Below, in pieces: positions 33,664-44,200 of a stretch of 64,000 nucleotides of DNA (its first letter is position 1; every line of letters begins with the position of its first letter). Location of the stretch: positions 32,001-96,000 of the forward strand of contig CAWBHS010000022.1 of the NCBI GenBank assembly GCA_963788655.1, given 5' to 3'. Below the pieces are notes generated by a model. That model ran no database searches. It was not told where the DNA came from and saw nothing but the letters and a program-made list of their open reading frames with translations. The translations under genes and the position numbers were made by a program. Origin of the DNA: an uncultured Verrucomicrobiae bacterium (GTDB taxonomy: Bacteria; Verrucomicrobiota; Verrucomicrobiia; Limisphaerales; JAFGQR01).

Positions 33664-34512
33664 ATGGTCAAAAAGATCTCGAAATCCAAGTTGGCTCCCT
33701 CGCGGCCAAAGCATTTGAACGTTGGCTGGGCACGCCCCACGCACTTCGACCTGCCCATTCCTAAAAACGAATCCCGGCGTCTGGCCACGCTGCACGGGTA
33801 CAAAATCCTCGATACGCCGCCGGAGGAAAACTTCGACGCCATCACCCAGTTGGCGGCGCGCATCTGCCAAACACCCATTGCCCTGATTTCGCTGGTGGAC
33901 GCGGACCGGCAGTGGTTCAAGTCGCAGATCGGAGTTGAGATGGTGGAAACGCCCCGGACCGTGGCTTTGTGTGCGCATGCCATCATGCAGCGGGACGTGT
34001 TCGTGGTGCCGGATGCGACCGCGGACCGGCGCTTTGCGAACAACCCCCTGGTGGTCGGTCCGCCGAACATCCGTTTCTATGCTGGCGCGCCGCTGGTTGC
34101 GCGCAACGATCACGCCTTGGGAACGTTGTGTGTGATTGACCGCGTGCCCCGTTCCCTGACCCGCGACCAAGTCGAATTGCTCCAGATGCTGGGACGTCAG
34201 GCCATGACGCAGTTGGACCTGCGCAAACAGCTTGCCGGCTCCCACCGCCAACTGCTCGAACTGCGGTTGGCCCACCGGAATCTGGCGAAGCAGACCGAAC
34301 GCCTGGAAGCCAATCAACAGGCCATGGAGACGCGCGTGCAGGGCGTTGAAAGCGATCTCAATGGCGCCGTGCAACGGGCGACGGCGGCCATCGGGCAATT
34401 GGCCTCGGGGAAATTGGACCGCCCGCAACGCGCCGGCCTTCGGGCCTTGCAGCAAACCGTTGCCCAGCTCGAACGATTGGCTCAGGACGCACCGCGACCA
34501 AAAACGCGGTAG
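33664..34512 (+). CDS. GAF domain protein with a C-terminal coiled coil
   Basis: [35 protein letters not shown] and LGTLCVID motifs. Confidence 0.88.
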   Translation: MVKKISKSKLAPSRPKHLNVGWARPTHFDLPIPKNESRRLATLHGYKILDTPPEENFDAITQLAARICQTPIALISLVDADRQWFKSQIGVEMVETPRTVALCAHAIMQRDVFVVPDATADRRFANNPLVVGPPNIRFYAGAPLVARNDHALGTLCVIDRVPRSLTRDQVELLQMLGRQAMTQLDLRKQLAGSHRQLLELRLAHRNLAKQTERLEANQQAMETRVQGVESDLNGAVQRATAAIGQLASGKLDRPQRAGLRALQQTVAQLERLAQDAPRPKTR

Positions 34513-34582
34513 CGGAGCGTTGAGTGGTTACTGTGCAGGCGACTGGATGGAAGAAACTTTGGATTAACCGATGGTTTTGTTT

Positions 34583-34715
34583 CCCCTTACCCCGGCCCTC
34601 TCCCCCCGGGAGACGGAGAATCGATGACCGGTCTTCTGAAAACACGATGTCCCTTGGTTTCCGTAGCGGCACCTCCATCGGTTCCCTCTCCTTGGGGAGC
34701 GGGTTAGGGTGAGGG
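34583..34715. repeat. Imperfect inverted repeat, CCCTCACCCC/CCCTCTCC REP-like family
   Basis: ccccttaccccggccctctcccc ... ggggagcgggttagggtgaggg. Confidence 0.7.
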
Positions 34716-34825
34716 AGAAGGAGCCGATTGAATGTCACCATGCGTAGTCCATCCCAAACTCTCATCAGTAAAGCGTTTAAGAACTGAAGAGTTGACGCGG
34801 CTAACCCGAACATTCCACACACGTT

Positions 34826-34896
34826 GTAGCCACCGACGTGAGGAGGCGCACCTGGAGCCACTTACCTGAGCTCCGCCTCCTCACGTCGGCGGCTAC
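34826..34896. repeat. GTAG REP-like inverted pair
   Basis: gtagccaccgacgtgaggaggcg / cgcctcctcacgtcggcggctac, 22 of 23 complementary. Confidence 0.8.
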
Positions 34897-34941
34897 GGAC
34901 CGGTTGGCGTTTTAAAACAGGCTCTTAGCCGTGACTATTCA

Positions 34942-35074
34942 GTAGGACAGGCGTCCCGCCTGTCCCGAACGAGTGCAAACCAACAACTTGTATCACGGCG
35001 CCGCGAGTGTCTCTATGTCACCAAACGGTGAGGATGCCTTGGGCTATTCGAGACAGGCGAGACGCCTGTCCTAC
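34942..35074. repeat. GTAG REP-like inverted pair, second family
   Basis: gtaggacaggcgtcccgcctgtc / gacaggcgagacgcctgtcctac, 22 of 23 complementary. Each arm is itself a hairpin. Confidence 0.8.
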
Positions 35075-35139
35075 CACGCCGAACTGCCTCATCGCAGCAC
35101 CAGCCACTGAATTGATACGGCTTAGCGAACCGGCGCGGG

Positions 35140-35751
35140 TTATTTGCCCGTGCCGGGACTGGTTGAACTGGCCGGCGCGTTGGCATTGAGTTGTGCCAGG
35201 ACCGCGTCGGTGAGGTCCGTCTGCCCGCTGTGATACACCACTACTGGAATGCGGCTGAGACTTTCGCCGGCCACGTCCAACACCAAGCCATAGCCATCGG
35301 CCTTGGCCTTCGCGGTCACCACCGCGCGAATCTCCGTGATGATGTTTTCGCGCATGCGCCGTTCCTGTTCCTCCATCGTCGTATTGGCCTGGGCCCGGAA
35401 TTGGGCCATGCTTTGCTCCAGATCTTGAATTTCCCGGAGCTTGGTGGCCGCGGCGTTCTTGCGTTTTTCCCGTTCGTCCGCCGAGATGGCCATGTTGTTG
35501 GCTTCTTCCAACGCCTTCTTGTAATCCTCGGTGGCTTTCTGATGCTGCGCCGTCAACGCGCTCATTTCCTTGTCCATTTCAGCGCCGCGTTGTTTGAGGG
35601 ATTCCGTGGCGGCCTGGGTTTTGTAGTACTTATCGAAGACCTTGCGGAGATCGATAATTGCGATGCGCCCCTGCGCCAAAGACGCGGGTGCCAGTGCCAG
35701 GAACAGAAAGGCCGCCAGGACCAGTTGATTGAGTCTTTTTGTCATCTTCAT
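35140..35751 (-). CDS. ompH: OmpH/Skp periplasmic chaperone
   Basis: Signal peptide, RIAIIDLRKVF, long helices and GYGLVLD...TDLTDAVL. Lies downstream of bamA. Confidence 0.9.
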   Translation of the reverse strand: MKMTKRLNQLVLAAFLFLALAPASLAQGRIAIIDLRKVFDKYYKTQAATESLKQRGAEMDKEMSALTAQHQKATEDYKKALEEANNMAISADEREKRKNAAATKLREIQDLEQSMAQFRAQANTTMEEQERRMRENIITEIRAVVTAKAKADGYGLVLDVAGESLSRIPVVVYHSGQTDLTDAVLAQLNANAPASSTSPGTGK

Positions 35752-35764
35752 CGTTCGATTGAGA

Positions 35765-38326
35765 TTAGTAATCGCGCGTCCAGCCCACGCTGAACTGGAA
35801 GCGACCGCTGCTATTATTGTACCGTTCCGCGGTCAGGGGAATCCCATAATCGAGCCGCAACGGGCCGATTTGCGGGATGTTCAACCGCAGCCCCACGCCC
35901 CAGTTGTCGTTGTAGAAGTGGGTGTCGCCAAATCTGTTCGGGTCGTATGGATCGCTGAAATGCGTGTTAAAGCTGTAGGGATCCTGATAGACCATGCCAA
36001 TATCGTAAAACACGGCCAACCGCAGAATCTCAATGATCGGGATGCTGTATTCCAACGACCCAAACCAGTAGGTGCCGCCTCCAATCGGTTCGCCGGAGAT
36101 TGAGGGGCCGACATCCCGGTAGCGGAAGCCGCGCAGCGTGTCGGGACCACCCATGAACCAGCGGTCGAACAACGGCACAATGGACGTCCGATTGTAACGG
36201 TCCACCACGCCTATCCGACCGGAAAACTCGATGATGTGCTTGGGCAGCAGGCCCTTGAAATACCACGACGTCCGCAGCTCAATATTGTAGAAATCGCTGT
36301 CCCCGCCAAAGGGTCCGCCGGCCAGTTCGCCATAGAGTTCGGTCCGTTGTCCGCCATCGGGCAGGAAGATGTTGTTAAAGGAATTGTGCCGGTTGTCATA
36401 GGTCAGGCCGGTGCCGAATTTGGAAACCAGCCGCCGGCCTTCCTCATGTTTGATGATCTCCGGCGCATTGGGATCCACGTTCAGGATGCCGATGTTCTCG
36501 ATGGTGTAATTCAGGGTGCCGCGGAGATAGTCGTTGCCCAGCGCACGGGTCAAGCCCAGTTTCATTCCGGTACGGACTTCTTCGTAAAGATCATTGAGGC
36601 TTTGGTTGCCCAGGTTGCGATGATACAAGTCCGTGCTGAACTGCAGCTTCTTGCCCAGAAACCAGGGCTCAATAAAGGTCAACAGGTAATCCTGCCGCAC
36701 CGCGCCGTATTGCACGCGCAGCCGCAATTTCTGGCCGCCGCCGCGGAACAAGGGCGGGTGGAACAAATCAAAGTTTTCCTCGGACACTTCCACGAAGCCT
36801 AAAATGCTGTCCACCGTGCTGAAGCCCGCCCCAAATCCCAGCCGCCCGGTGGTGCGTTCTTCGACCGATACCACCAGGTTGCGCCGATTGGGCACATCGG
36901 TGGGTTCCGGCTGCATGTCCACCTTGTCGAACAACCGCATGCCGCGAATCCGGTTTTCGCTGAGCTTGACCTTCACCAGGTTGAACACTTCGCCCGGCGA
37001 TACGGCCAGCTCCCGACGGATGACGCGGTCGCGGGTCTTGATGTTGCCTTGAATGTCGATCTTTTCGATGTAGGCCTTGTCGCCTTCCTCCAGCTCATAG
37101 ATCAGGTCCATGGTCCCCGTTTGGGTGTTGGCGATCTTGTGGGCTCCCACGGGAATGCCGCGCATGGAGCCTTTGCCGATGTAGCCCTCATTGCCGTAGA
37201 AATCGCGGATGACCTCGAGGTCGCGCTCCAATCCCTGCGGCGTGAACACGGCGCCGACCGGCATCTTAAGCCGCCGGCGAATGGCGTTCGTGGAGAACAG
37301 AGTGACCCCTTTGAAGCCAATCGCGCCGACCTTGTATTGTTTGCCCTCGGAGATTTCGAACACCAACGCAATCCGGTTCTTCGCCACCGGCAATTGGCGA
37401 ATGTCCTTCAACTCGAAATCAATGTAGCCGTGGGTCCGGTAAAACTCCGCCAGTCGTTCCTTGTCATCCTCCAACTGTTCTTCCTTCAGCACGCCGGAAC
37501 CGGTCAGCCACGACAACCACCAATGCCGCCGGGTTTTTATTTCTTTCCGCAACTTGCGCTGGCTGAACGCCCGGGCGCCTTCGAAGTAAACGTCGTCAAT
37601 GATCTGCTTGTAGGACTCTTTGATTTCAAACGTCACCGTGCAGCGCCCCGTCCGTTCTTCGTAGTTGATGACGTATTTGACTTCGGTGCCCGGATAGCCC
37701 TTTTTCTGATAGAGCTTCTTGATTTCCTGTGTGAAAAAGAAAATCTTTCGCTCGTCCAGCGGCTTGCCAATCATGCTCTCCATTTTGGTCTTGGGCGGCG
37801 ACACCGTGTCCGCGCGTTTGCGGGCGGAAGGGGGCGAGAAGTCTGCGGAAATCTTCTTCAGCAACTTCTTGCGGGAATACTTTTTGTTCCCTTCGAAGAG
37901 AATTTCCGTCAGCGTCGGCCGGCCTTTCAGAGCGTAGGTCAACACGATGCCTTCGGGCGTGGGTTCCTCGAGCACGCGGACCTCCATGAAATACCCGGTC
38001 GCATACAGGTTGCGGATGTCATCATCAATGAGCATCCGGTTGTACTTCTCCCCTTCCCGCACGCGCATGTTGGCGCGGATGAGATCGCGGCTGACTTCCT
38101 GGGGACCGACGTTGGTAATGATGATTTTCGAGACGACGGTCTGCGCGTGCGCGGTGGGAACCGCGCTCAACCACCAACCGCACAGGCTCACCAGCACCAG
38201 CCACCGCCAGAGTCGCCGCCCAACGAAGCGGCAATCCGGTTCGACCCGCGGCGCCGCCAACGCCCGAGTTTCCCGGCTAAATGTCTGCCGGGATGTCGTC
38301 GCTGCTAATTTTGGCGGCACTTTCAA
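35765..38326 (-). CDS. bamA: Outer membrane protein assembly factor BamA
   Basis: POTRA repeats (IDDDIRNLYATGYF; GNIKTRDRVIRREL), TLRGFRYRDVGP and GPLRLDYGIPL...FQFSVG. Start codon uncertain. Confidence 0.95.
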   Translation of the reverse strand: MKVPPKLAATTSRQTFSRETRALAAPRVEPDCRFVGRRLWRWLVLVSLCGWWLSAVPTAHAQTVVSKIIITNVGPQEVSRDLIRANMRVREGEKYNRMLIDDDIRNLYATGYFMEVRVLEEPTPEGIVLTYALKGRPTLTEILFEGNKKYSRKKLLKKISADFSPPSARKRADTVSPPKTKMESMIGKPLDERKIFFFTQEIKKLYQKKGYPGTEVKYVINYEERTGRCTVTFEIKESYKQIIDDVYFEGARAFSQRKLRKEIKTRRHWWLSWLTGSGVLKEEQLEDDKERLAEFYRTHGYIDFELKDIRQLPVAKNRIALVFEISEGKQYKVGAIGFKGVTLFSTNAIRRRLKMPVGAVFTPQGLERDLEVIRDFYGNEGYIGKGSMRGIPVGAHKIANTQTGTMDLIYELEEGDKAYIEKIDIQGNIKTRDRVIRRELAVSPGEVFNLVKVKLSENRIRGMRLFDKVDMQPEPTDVPNRRNLVVSVEERTTGRLGFGAGFSTVDSILGFVEVSEENFDLFHPPLFRGGGQKLRLRVQYGAVRQDYLLTFIEPWFLGKKLQFSTDLYHRNLGNQSLNDLYEEVRTGMKLGLTRALGNDYLRGTLNYTIENIGILNVDPNAPEIIKHEEGRRLVSKFGTGLTYDNRHNSFNNIFLPDGGQRTELYGELAGGPFGGDSDFYNIELRTSWYFKGLLPKHIIEFSGRIGVVDRYNRTSIVPLFDRWFMGGPDTLRGFRYRDVGPSISGEPIGGGTYWFGSLEYSIPIIEILRLAVFYDIGMVYQDPYSFNTHFSDPYDPNRFGDTHFYNDNWGVGLRLNIPQIGPLRLDYGIPLTAERYNNSSGRFQFSVGWTRDY

Positions 38327-39735
38327 ATCGCGTAAAAGACTTAAAAAATGTCAAATTCACGTCCCCCGTGGGACCATTGCGTTGTTTGGCAATCAACAAG
38401 TTGACCGGAGCGGCATCCTGATCCGGACTGGCATCTTCCTCGTCGCCACTGCTGGGTTTGTACAGCAGGGCCACCAGGTCGGCATCCTGTTCAATCGCGC
38501 CTGATTCCCGTAAATCCGACAACCGCGGTTTGCGGTTTTTGTCCTTTTCCAATTCCCGGTTCAACTGGCTCAGGACGATCACGGGAACTTTCAGTTCCTT
38601 CGCCAGGGCCTTGATCCCATTGGAAATGTCCGCAATTTCCTGCTGTCGGTTTTCGGCTCGACGCGCAGTAGAATGGAGCAGTTGGAGGTAGTCAATCACG
38701 AAAAGCTTGATGCCGTACTGCTGGTACATGCGCCGGGCCTTGGCGCGCAATTGCAAAATGGATAATCCGGACGAATCATCGATGAACAACGGGGCGTTGG
38801 CCAATTTACCCGCGGCCCCGGTCAACTTGGGAAAATCCCGTTCGGCCAGGAAGCCGTCGCGGATGTTGCGCAGGTTCACCCGCGCGCGCGAGCAGAGCAT
38901 GCGCAACACCAGCGAATCGGAGGTCATTTCCAGGCTGAACACCCCCACCGGCAGGCGCTGTTCCACCGCCACGTGCTCGGCGATGTTCATGGCCAGGCTC
39001 GTTTTTCCCATGCTCGGCCGCGCCGCCACCACGATCATTTCCCCGGCGTGCAGCCCGCTGGTCATTTTGTCCAGATCGATAAATCCGGTTCCCACCCCGG
39101 TGAGCATGCCCTGGCGCTGATGGTAATCCTCGATGGTCGAGATCGCGCGATGCACCAACTCCTTCATGGTGTCGGTGGCGGATTCCACCCGGGCTTCGCT
39201 GATGTGCAGGATGTCGCGTTCGACTTCGTCCAGCAGCGAATCCACCTCCCCCGAATGCTCGTAAACCCGCCCGACAACGTCGGTGCAGGTCGTGATCATC
39301 CGGCGGAGAATGAATTTCTCGTGCAGGATGTTCAGGTAATAGCCCAGGTTCGCCGCGCTGGGCACCGTGTCCGGCAACGAGGACAAGTACGCCAGACCGC
39401 CCGCCGCTTCCAATTGTTGCCGGTCTTTGACCCGCTGGTGCAACGTGATGAGGTCAATCGGCTCCTTGTGATCGTACATTTCCACCAACACCTCGGTACA
39501 CCAAGCGGTGGCGTAGATCATAAAAGGCCTCCGCACCGACCTTCAATTTCTCGATGCAAACACCGAGGCCCTCGTTCGGGGACAACAAAATACAACCCAA
39601 CACCCCCTGCTCCGCCTCGGGGCTGTGCGGCGGCAGGCGGTCCACCGGCGGCGCGGCGCGACCGGCGGAATGAGTGGGTGGGCGGGCCGGTCGAGCCAAC
39701 TCGACCGGGGCTGTCGCAATATCGGTAACCATCAA
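38277..39735 (-). CDS. dnaB: Replicative DNA helicase DnaB (single extra base near 39497, probably an assembly error)
   Basis: N-terminal LPPHSPEAEQGVLG...FYDLRHRLVY in one frame. AARPSMGKT, IDYLQL, LSQLNR, DLRESGAIEQDAD and KQRNGPTG lie in the next. Confidence 0.96.
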
Positions 39736-39747
39736 CTGGATTGAACG

Positions 39748-40068
39748 CTAAACGCTGGCGGATGCCAACGCGGAATTGAAATGATTCTCCTCTTCGATCG
39801 CCGCCAGGATCTCGTCGCAACGCTCGGGGCTGTCGAACAGCATTTTGGGCAATAGGGCGGACCACTGCCGCCCAGGGTTGGCCCCACCGTCGGCGTTGAT
39901 CTCGGCGCAAAACTGTTGGGTGGCGTCATCGAGCAACACGTAACAATCGTCTCCCAAACAATAGGAATCCACCAGGAAGACGGGCGGCACCCGCCGCAGT
40001 TGGTCGAGCATCCGGCACACCGTTTGGATGACCAGCCGAGCCTCATCGTATGGTTTGGAAATCATCAT
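39748..40068 (-). CDS. Small hypothetical protein immediately upstream of dnaB
   Basis: ORF MMISKPYDEARLVIQTVCRML..., about 106 aa, with protein-like codon usage. Ends 12 nt before the dnaB start. Confidence 0.6.
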   Translation of the reverse strand: MMISKPYDEARLVIQTVCRMLDQLRRVPPVFLVDSYCLGDDCYVLLDDATQQFCAEINADGGANPGRQWSALLPKMLFDSPERCDEILAAIEEENHFNSALASASV

Positions 40069-40255
40069 TTTCTCAATCTTACCCGCTCTCGCAGGGCCGT
40101 GTCGCGGCAGCCCGTCAGAAATCAGAACTTGTTCATCACTGCCTCGCTGCGTAACACCCTGCTGGGCCTCGTGGGCGCGGGAGTTTGCGAACGCGCTCAG
40201 CAGACGGGAAACTTGGGCGAGCGGCAATGCGGAATTGTTGGAAGTTGCTCCCAAG

Positions 40256-40275
40256 CTGTTCACAGGTTATCAACA
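40256..40275. promoter_or_regulatory. Putative tandem DnaA boxes upstream of the dnaB operon
   Basis: ctgttcaca-gg-ttatcaaca, with 2 and 1 mismatches to TTWTNCACA, same orientation. Confidence 0.45.
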
Positions 40276-40439
40276 CAGGCGGCTTCTCGAAATGGACCGG
40301 CTGCGTCACCTCGAACGGCAACCACTGGCACGGATACCAACGGCGTAATACCCGGTCGCTTTCACCCGGTCGCGCAACCGTCAACTGATCGGTTGGGGTG
40401 AGTTGAACACCGCGATGCTCACGAACGTAGCCACCGTCC

Positions 40440-40750
40440 ACGGCATACCTACGGCTGAGCCTCCTGTGGTTCAGCCGATCTTGGAAATTGCGACGAATGT
40501 ATCGCGAACACGTCCGGCAAATGAAATTAACACGTCGGGTTATCGAATCGCAGGAAACCGAACGCCAGCGGATTGCTCGAGAATTGCACAGACGGCCTGG
40601 AGCAGGATCTAATGCTGATCAAGAACACGGCGAAAGTGACATAGCGACAGGTTGCGGATCAGTCGCCCGCCAAAGAGCGATTAAACGAAATCTCGGACTT
40701 TGCCAGCCGGGCCATCAATGAAGCGCGCGCCATCATGTCGAACCTCCGGA
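40440..40750 (+). pseudogene. HisKA_3 (NarX/DegS-type) histidine kinase fragment
   Basis: IESQETERQRIARELH|DGLEQDLMLIKN...EARAIMSNLR, with a +1 insertion, an in-frame TAG and no ATPase domain. Confidence 0.75.
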
Positions 40751-40840
40751 ATCGTTACCGCGGAAAGCCAATGGTTATTCATTCATCCTCGGCTTTCCTT
40801 GAACACTTCAGAATTTACAATCGTCCTCAAGAGAAGTCAG

Positions 40841-40864
40841 GGCTCGACGGAGTCTCGCCCTACC
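40841..40864 (-). repeat. Solo GTAG REP-like hairpin
   Basis: Minus strand ggtagggcgagactccgtcgagcc. Confidence 0.5.
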
Positions 40865-41083
40865 TCATCTATTGCCTATCGCTCCGTGTCCCCACGTAGT
40901 CCCGCTCCCCCATCCCACACACCGCCAAATACATGGCCTCAACCACGCAAACTTGGATGGTCCCCCCGATAGGCAGACTCCGGGTTAACGGCGGCGAGTA
41001 TTGCTGCTTGGCGACATACGAGCTTGACGAGTTGATTCGGCTTCCGCAGACGTGCCAATCCCAATCGCTGCGGTCCCCAGGTG

Positions 41084-41248
41084 GGTGACGGCTGGCTGGA
41101 ACGGTACGGCATTAATGCGGTCATCCACGAGTTCAACTGCCATTGGATTGCCGGCCGGAAGGATTATCCGTCCGCCAAACATTGGCAGGATTACGGCGAG
41201 AAACTCGCGGAAGTATTCTATGAATATTTCGGTTTGGTGAAGCCGTGA
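41084..41248 (+). pseudogene. C-terminal fragment of a protein, possibly an M14-type peptidase
   Basis: GDGWLERYGINAVIHEFNCHWIAGRKDYPSAKHWQDYGEKLAEVFYEYFGLVKP*, with no upstream start. Family assignment is from memory only. Confidence 0.4.
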
Positions 41249-41291
41249 AGTCGAGTTGAGGCGCTCACGTCGTCACCCACGGTGCAGGATT

Positions 41292-44200
41292 TCAATGCGC
41301 GCACGCCTTGGCTGGGCAGCCTAAACCGCACGTTTTGCAACGGCATGGAAAAGTTCGGTTCCTGAAAACACTCAATGGGTCGCAGTGATCAAGCGTGAAC
41401 CAAGCGCCACAGCCGGGACTGATTACATTACGGGGAGCGATCGCTTCCTGATCCGCCGGCAATAGAGGCAGCCGCCACGGATTGTTTTGCGCGAAGCTAA
41501 AACCGTTGCCCAAGCCATCCAGAGCAGCCCAACTTCCCCGCGGATTGCGATGGATATAGCGTCCGGCCAAAGGATCGAGGAAACGCGACCCGTGCTGAAA
41601 CCAACCAGTCGCCCGGTCGTATCGCTGGCCGGCAAACAAGTAAGGATTACTCACGCCGGAATCGCTTGCGAGCAATTCGAAGGCGGCATCGTCATTGACG
41701 GTGTCCCAGGTTGTGCCACCGTCCTCGCTGCCCGCCATGCTGCCGTTGCCGCGCCGGGCAGTACTGAAACCCCAACTGGCTGCATTGCCGGTGGTATCAT
41801 TCACAATCTCCAGCCAGTACATCGTGCCGGTCTGCACCTCGAACGGCGTGGTCAATAGCGCTTCGTAAACAAATTCAGCGGGGCCCACCATCAAGTTCCG
41901 CCCCGTGGCAGTGCGAGTAACATTGTTGCCGACCGCTTCGGTGAGCAACACCGTTCCCGGCTCGCCCAGGTTGTCGGCGTGAATGCGAATAGTGAAGTCG
42001 TCACTGGGCGGCGGGGAACCAAAGGCGTAGGCGCCCCACCAGCGCATGCCGTAAATTCGTGTCGGCTGGTCAAAAGCAAAGTCGTCGGCAACGAACTGGT
42101 TGGTATCCACGTCGGAAACATAGGCGGAAAGTCCGTCCGGCCATTGCACGTGCGAGGCAATGATGGGCTGGCCAAAGTCTTCGTAAGTGTAGCGCTCGAC
42201 CAAACCGCCTGCCGCATCGCTGAGCGCCACCACGGAGCCCTGATCGTCCAGGTGATAGAAGAAGTCGCTCGCGCCGCGCCGCATGCTGAGGAGGGCGCCG
42301 TCGGAGCTGCGAATGTATGTCGCCAATGTGTTCCGCTGGCCGTCCTGTTCTTCGATGACCCGCTTTCCGTCGTATAAATACCGCGTGGTTTGACCGCCAT
42401 CGTTCTTCTGAATTCGCCGTCCCAGAGCATCATACCCATAGACGACCGGAGAGCCGTTGGCTGGTGTGAGTTGCACCAACCGATTGGCGTAATCGTAATG
42501 GAACGTTCCCTCAGGCGGTCCATTAGTGATGGCGACCAGGTTGCCGTTGGCATCGTACTGACGCCCACCATCGAAAGGAGTGGCCGTGTACTGGTTCAGT
42601 TGCGCGTCCGCCGGCTCCGGCAGCGTCGGATCGAGCGTGTAGTTGCCCGGCGCCGGATCGCTGCTGACGTTCAGCCGGTTGCCCGCGCCGTCCAGCGTGT
42701 AAACCGAATCACGCACCAGCAGGCCGACGCGATTGGTCACCTGCGACTGAACCAAGCGATCCACGGAATCATAGACGAACGTCTCGCTCCGCCGCGAACT
42801 GCCCGGCATGGCGTCCCAGCGGATCACTTTGTTCGCTGCTGCATCCCAGGATAAGTCGCGCTGGTCCAAAATGATGCCCGTGGCGATTTGTTTGTAGGTG
42901 GTATCACTGACGTTGCCCTCGGAGTCGTAACCAATCAGGCTGCGAGTGCCGTTGCTGAAACGACGCGCCTCAATCCGCGCCGGCCCGAGGTAGAACAGTT
43001 CGACCAGCGGTGATCCAGGTCCGCACGAACCGTCGCACGTCTGCTCTACGCGGTTGAGGCCGTCGTAATCGTAATGCGCCGTGCGCTCCTCCCGGATAGG
43101 TCAACGCGACGGCATTGCCAACGCCGTCACGCATCCACGCGGTGAGGTGATCGCTGACCGGCGGAAACGAGGGCGACTCGAAGTTGAGCGTTTCCCGAAT
43201 GCGGTTGCCCAGAGAGTCATACGCGCGCGTCACCAACGAATCATCGTTTTGCGCCTGCACCAGCAGCGAACGGCCATCGTATTGCCGAATTTCGTAACTG
43301 CTGCCCAACACGCCCGGCCCGCGGGCAATCGACCGGCTGATCGGACGATCCAACAAATCGAACATGGTCGCCACTGACGTTCCATCCGCATCGGTGGTCA
43401 GCAGCGCGTTGTCATGCACGTCGTAGCCGTTCACGACAAATTCATTGAGCGGTGGACGATCCTGGTCGGCGGGCCAATCCAGCGTGCCGTAGCCCACCCA
43501 GTTCAACGTGCCGTCCGCCATCCGCGTGAGCATTCGACGGTTCAACGAATCGTAGGCATAACGCGTCACGTTCGTGTTGTCGTCGATCTGCGCGATCAAC
43601 CGGCAGGTGTCATCCCAAATCTGGCGCGTGGTGATTTCGTCGATGACGTTGCCGCTGCCGTCGCCGGTATCGGTCATCTCCCGGCGGATCGCGATCAATC
43701 GGCTCAGCCCGTCATAACTGAAGTGCGTGAGGTTACCACGCGGATCGGACTGCCACGTGCGGTTGTTCCGTGAGTCGTAAGCGTATTGCCGGACTGAATT
43801 CCCGTTGTCGGTCGCGCGCACCAACCGGTCCAGTCCGTCATACTCGTTCGTAACCGCAGTGATCAATGGCGGATTACCCAAGTCAGACAACTCGACCGCC
43901 GTCCGCACGCGAAGGTTTCCATTGGGATCGTAAGCGTAAACTACCTGGTTGCTCCTGACGTCCGTAACGGTGTTGGTGCGATTCGCCGAATCGTACGCAA
44001 TCCACGTGCTGTTGGTCCGGTCGTCGGTCACCTGCAGAAGCTGCGAGTTGTCGTTGTAAACGAACCACGTAGTGGCGGAGCCGTCGTCCAAGGGCTGCTG
44101 GTTCTGCGGATCGAAGAAGACCTGGTCGAGCCGTTCCAGACGGTCCATGGCATCATAGCGCCAGAAGGTCTCGGCCAACCGCCGATTACCGGCGCCGCCC

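Noticed and set aside
34583..35074. CRISPR array
   Set aside because: The repeats are inverted pairs from different families, not direct repeats with spacers, and there are no cas genes.
39490..39510. Programmed frameshift or intein in dnaB
   Set aside because: No slippery heptamer and no intein-length insertion. A one-base error explains it.
40985..41182. 65-aa minus-strand ORF as an RHS immunity gene
   Set aside because: It overlaps a more protein-like plus-strand fragment, has no RBS and starts about 110 nt after the RHS stop.
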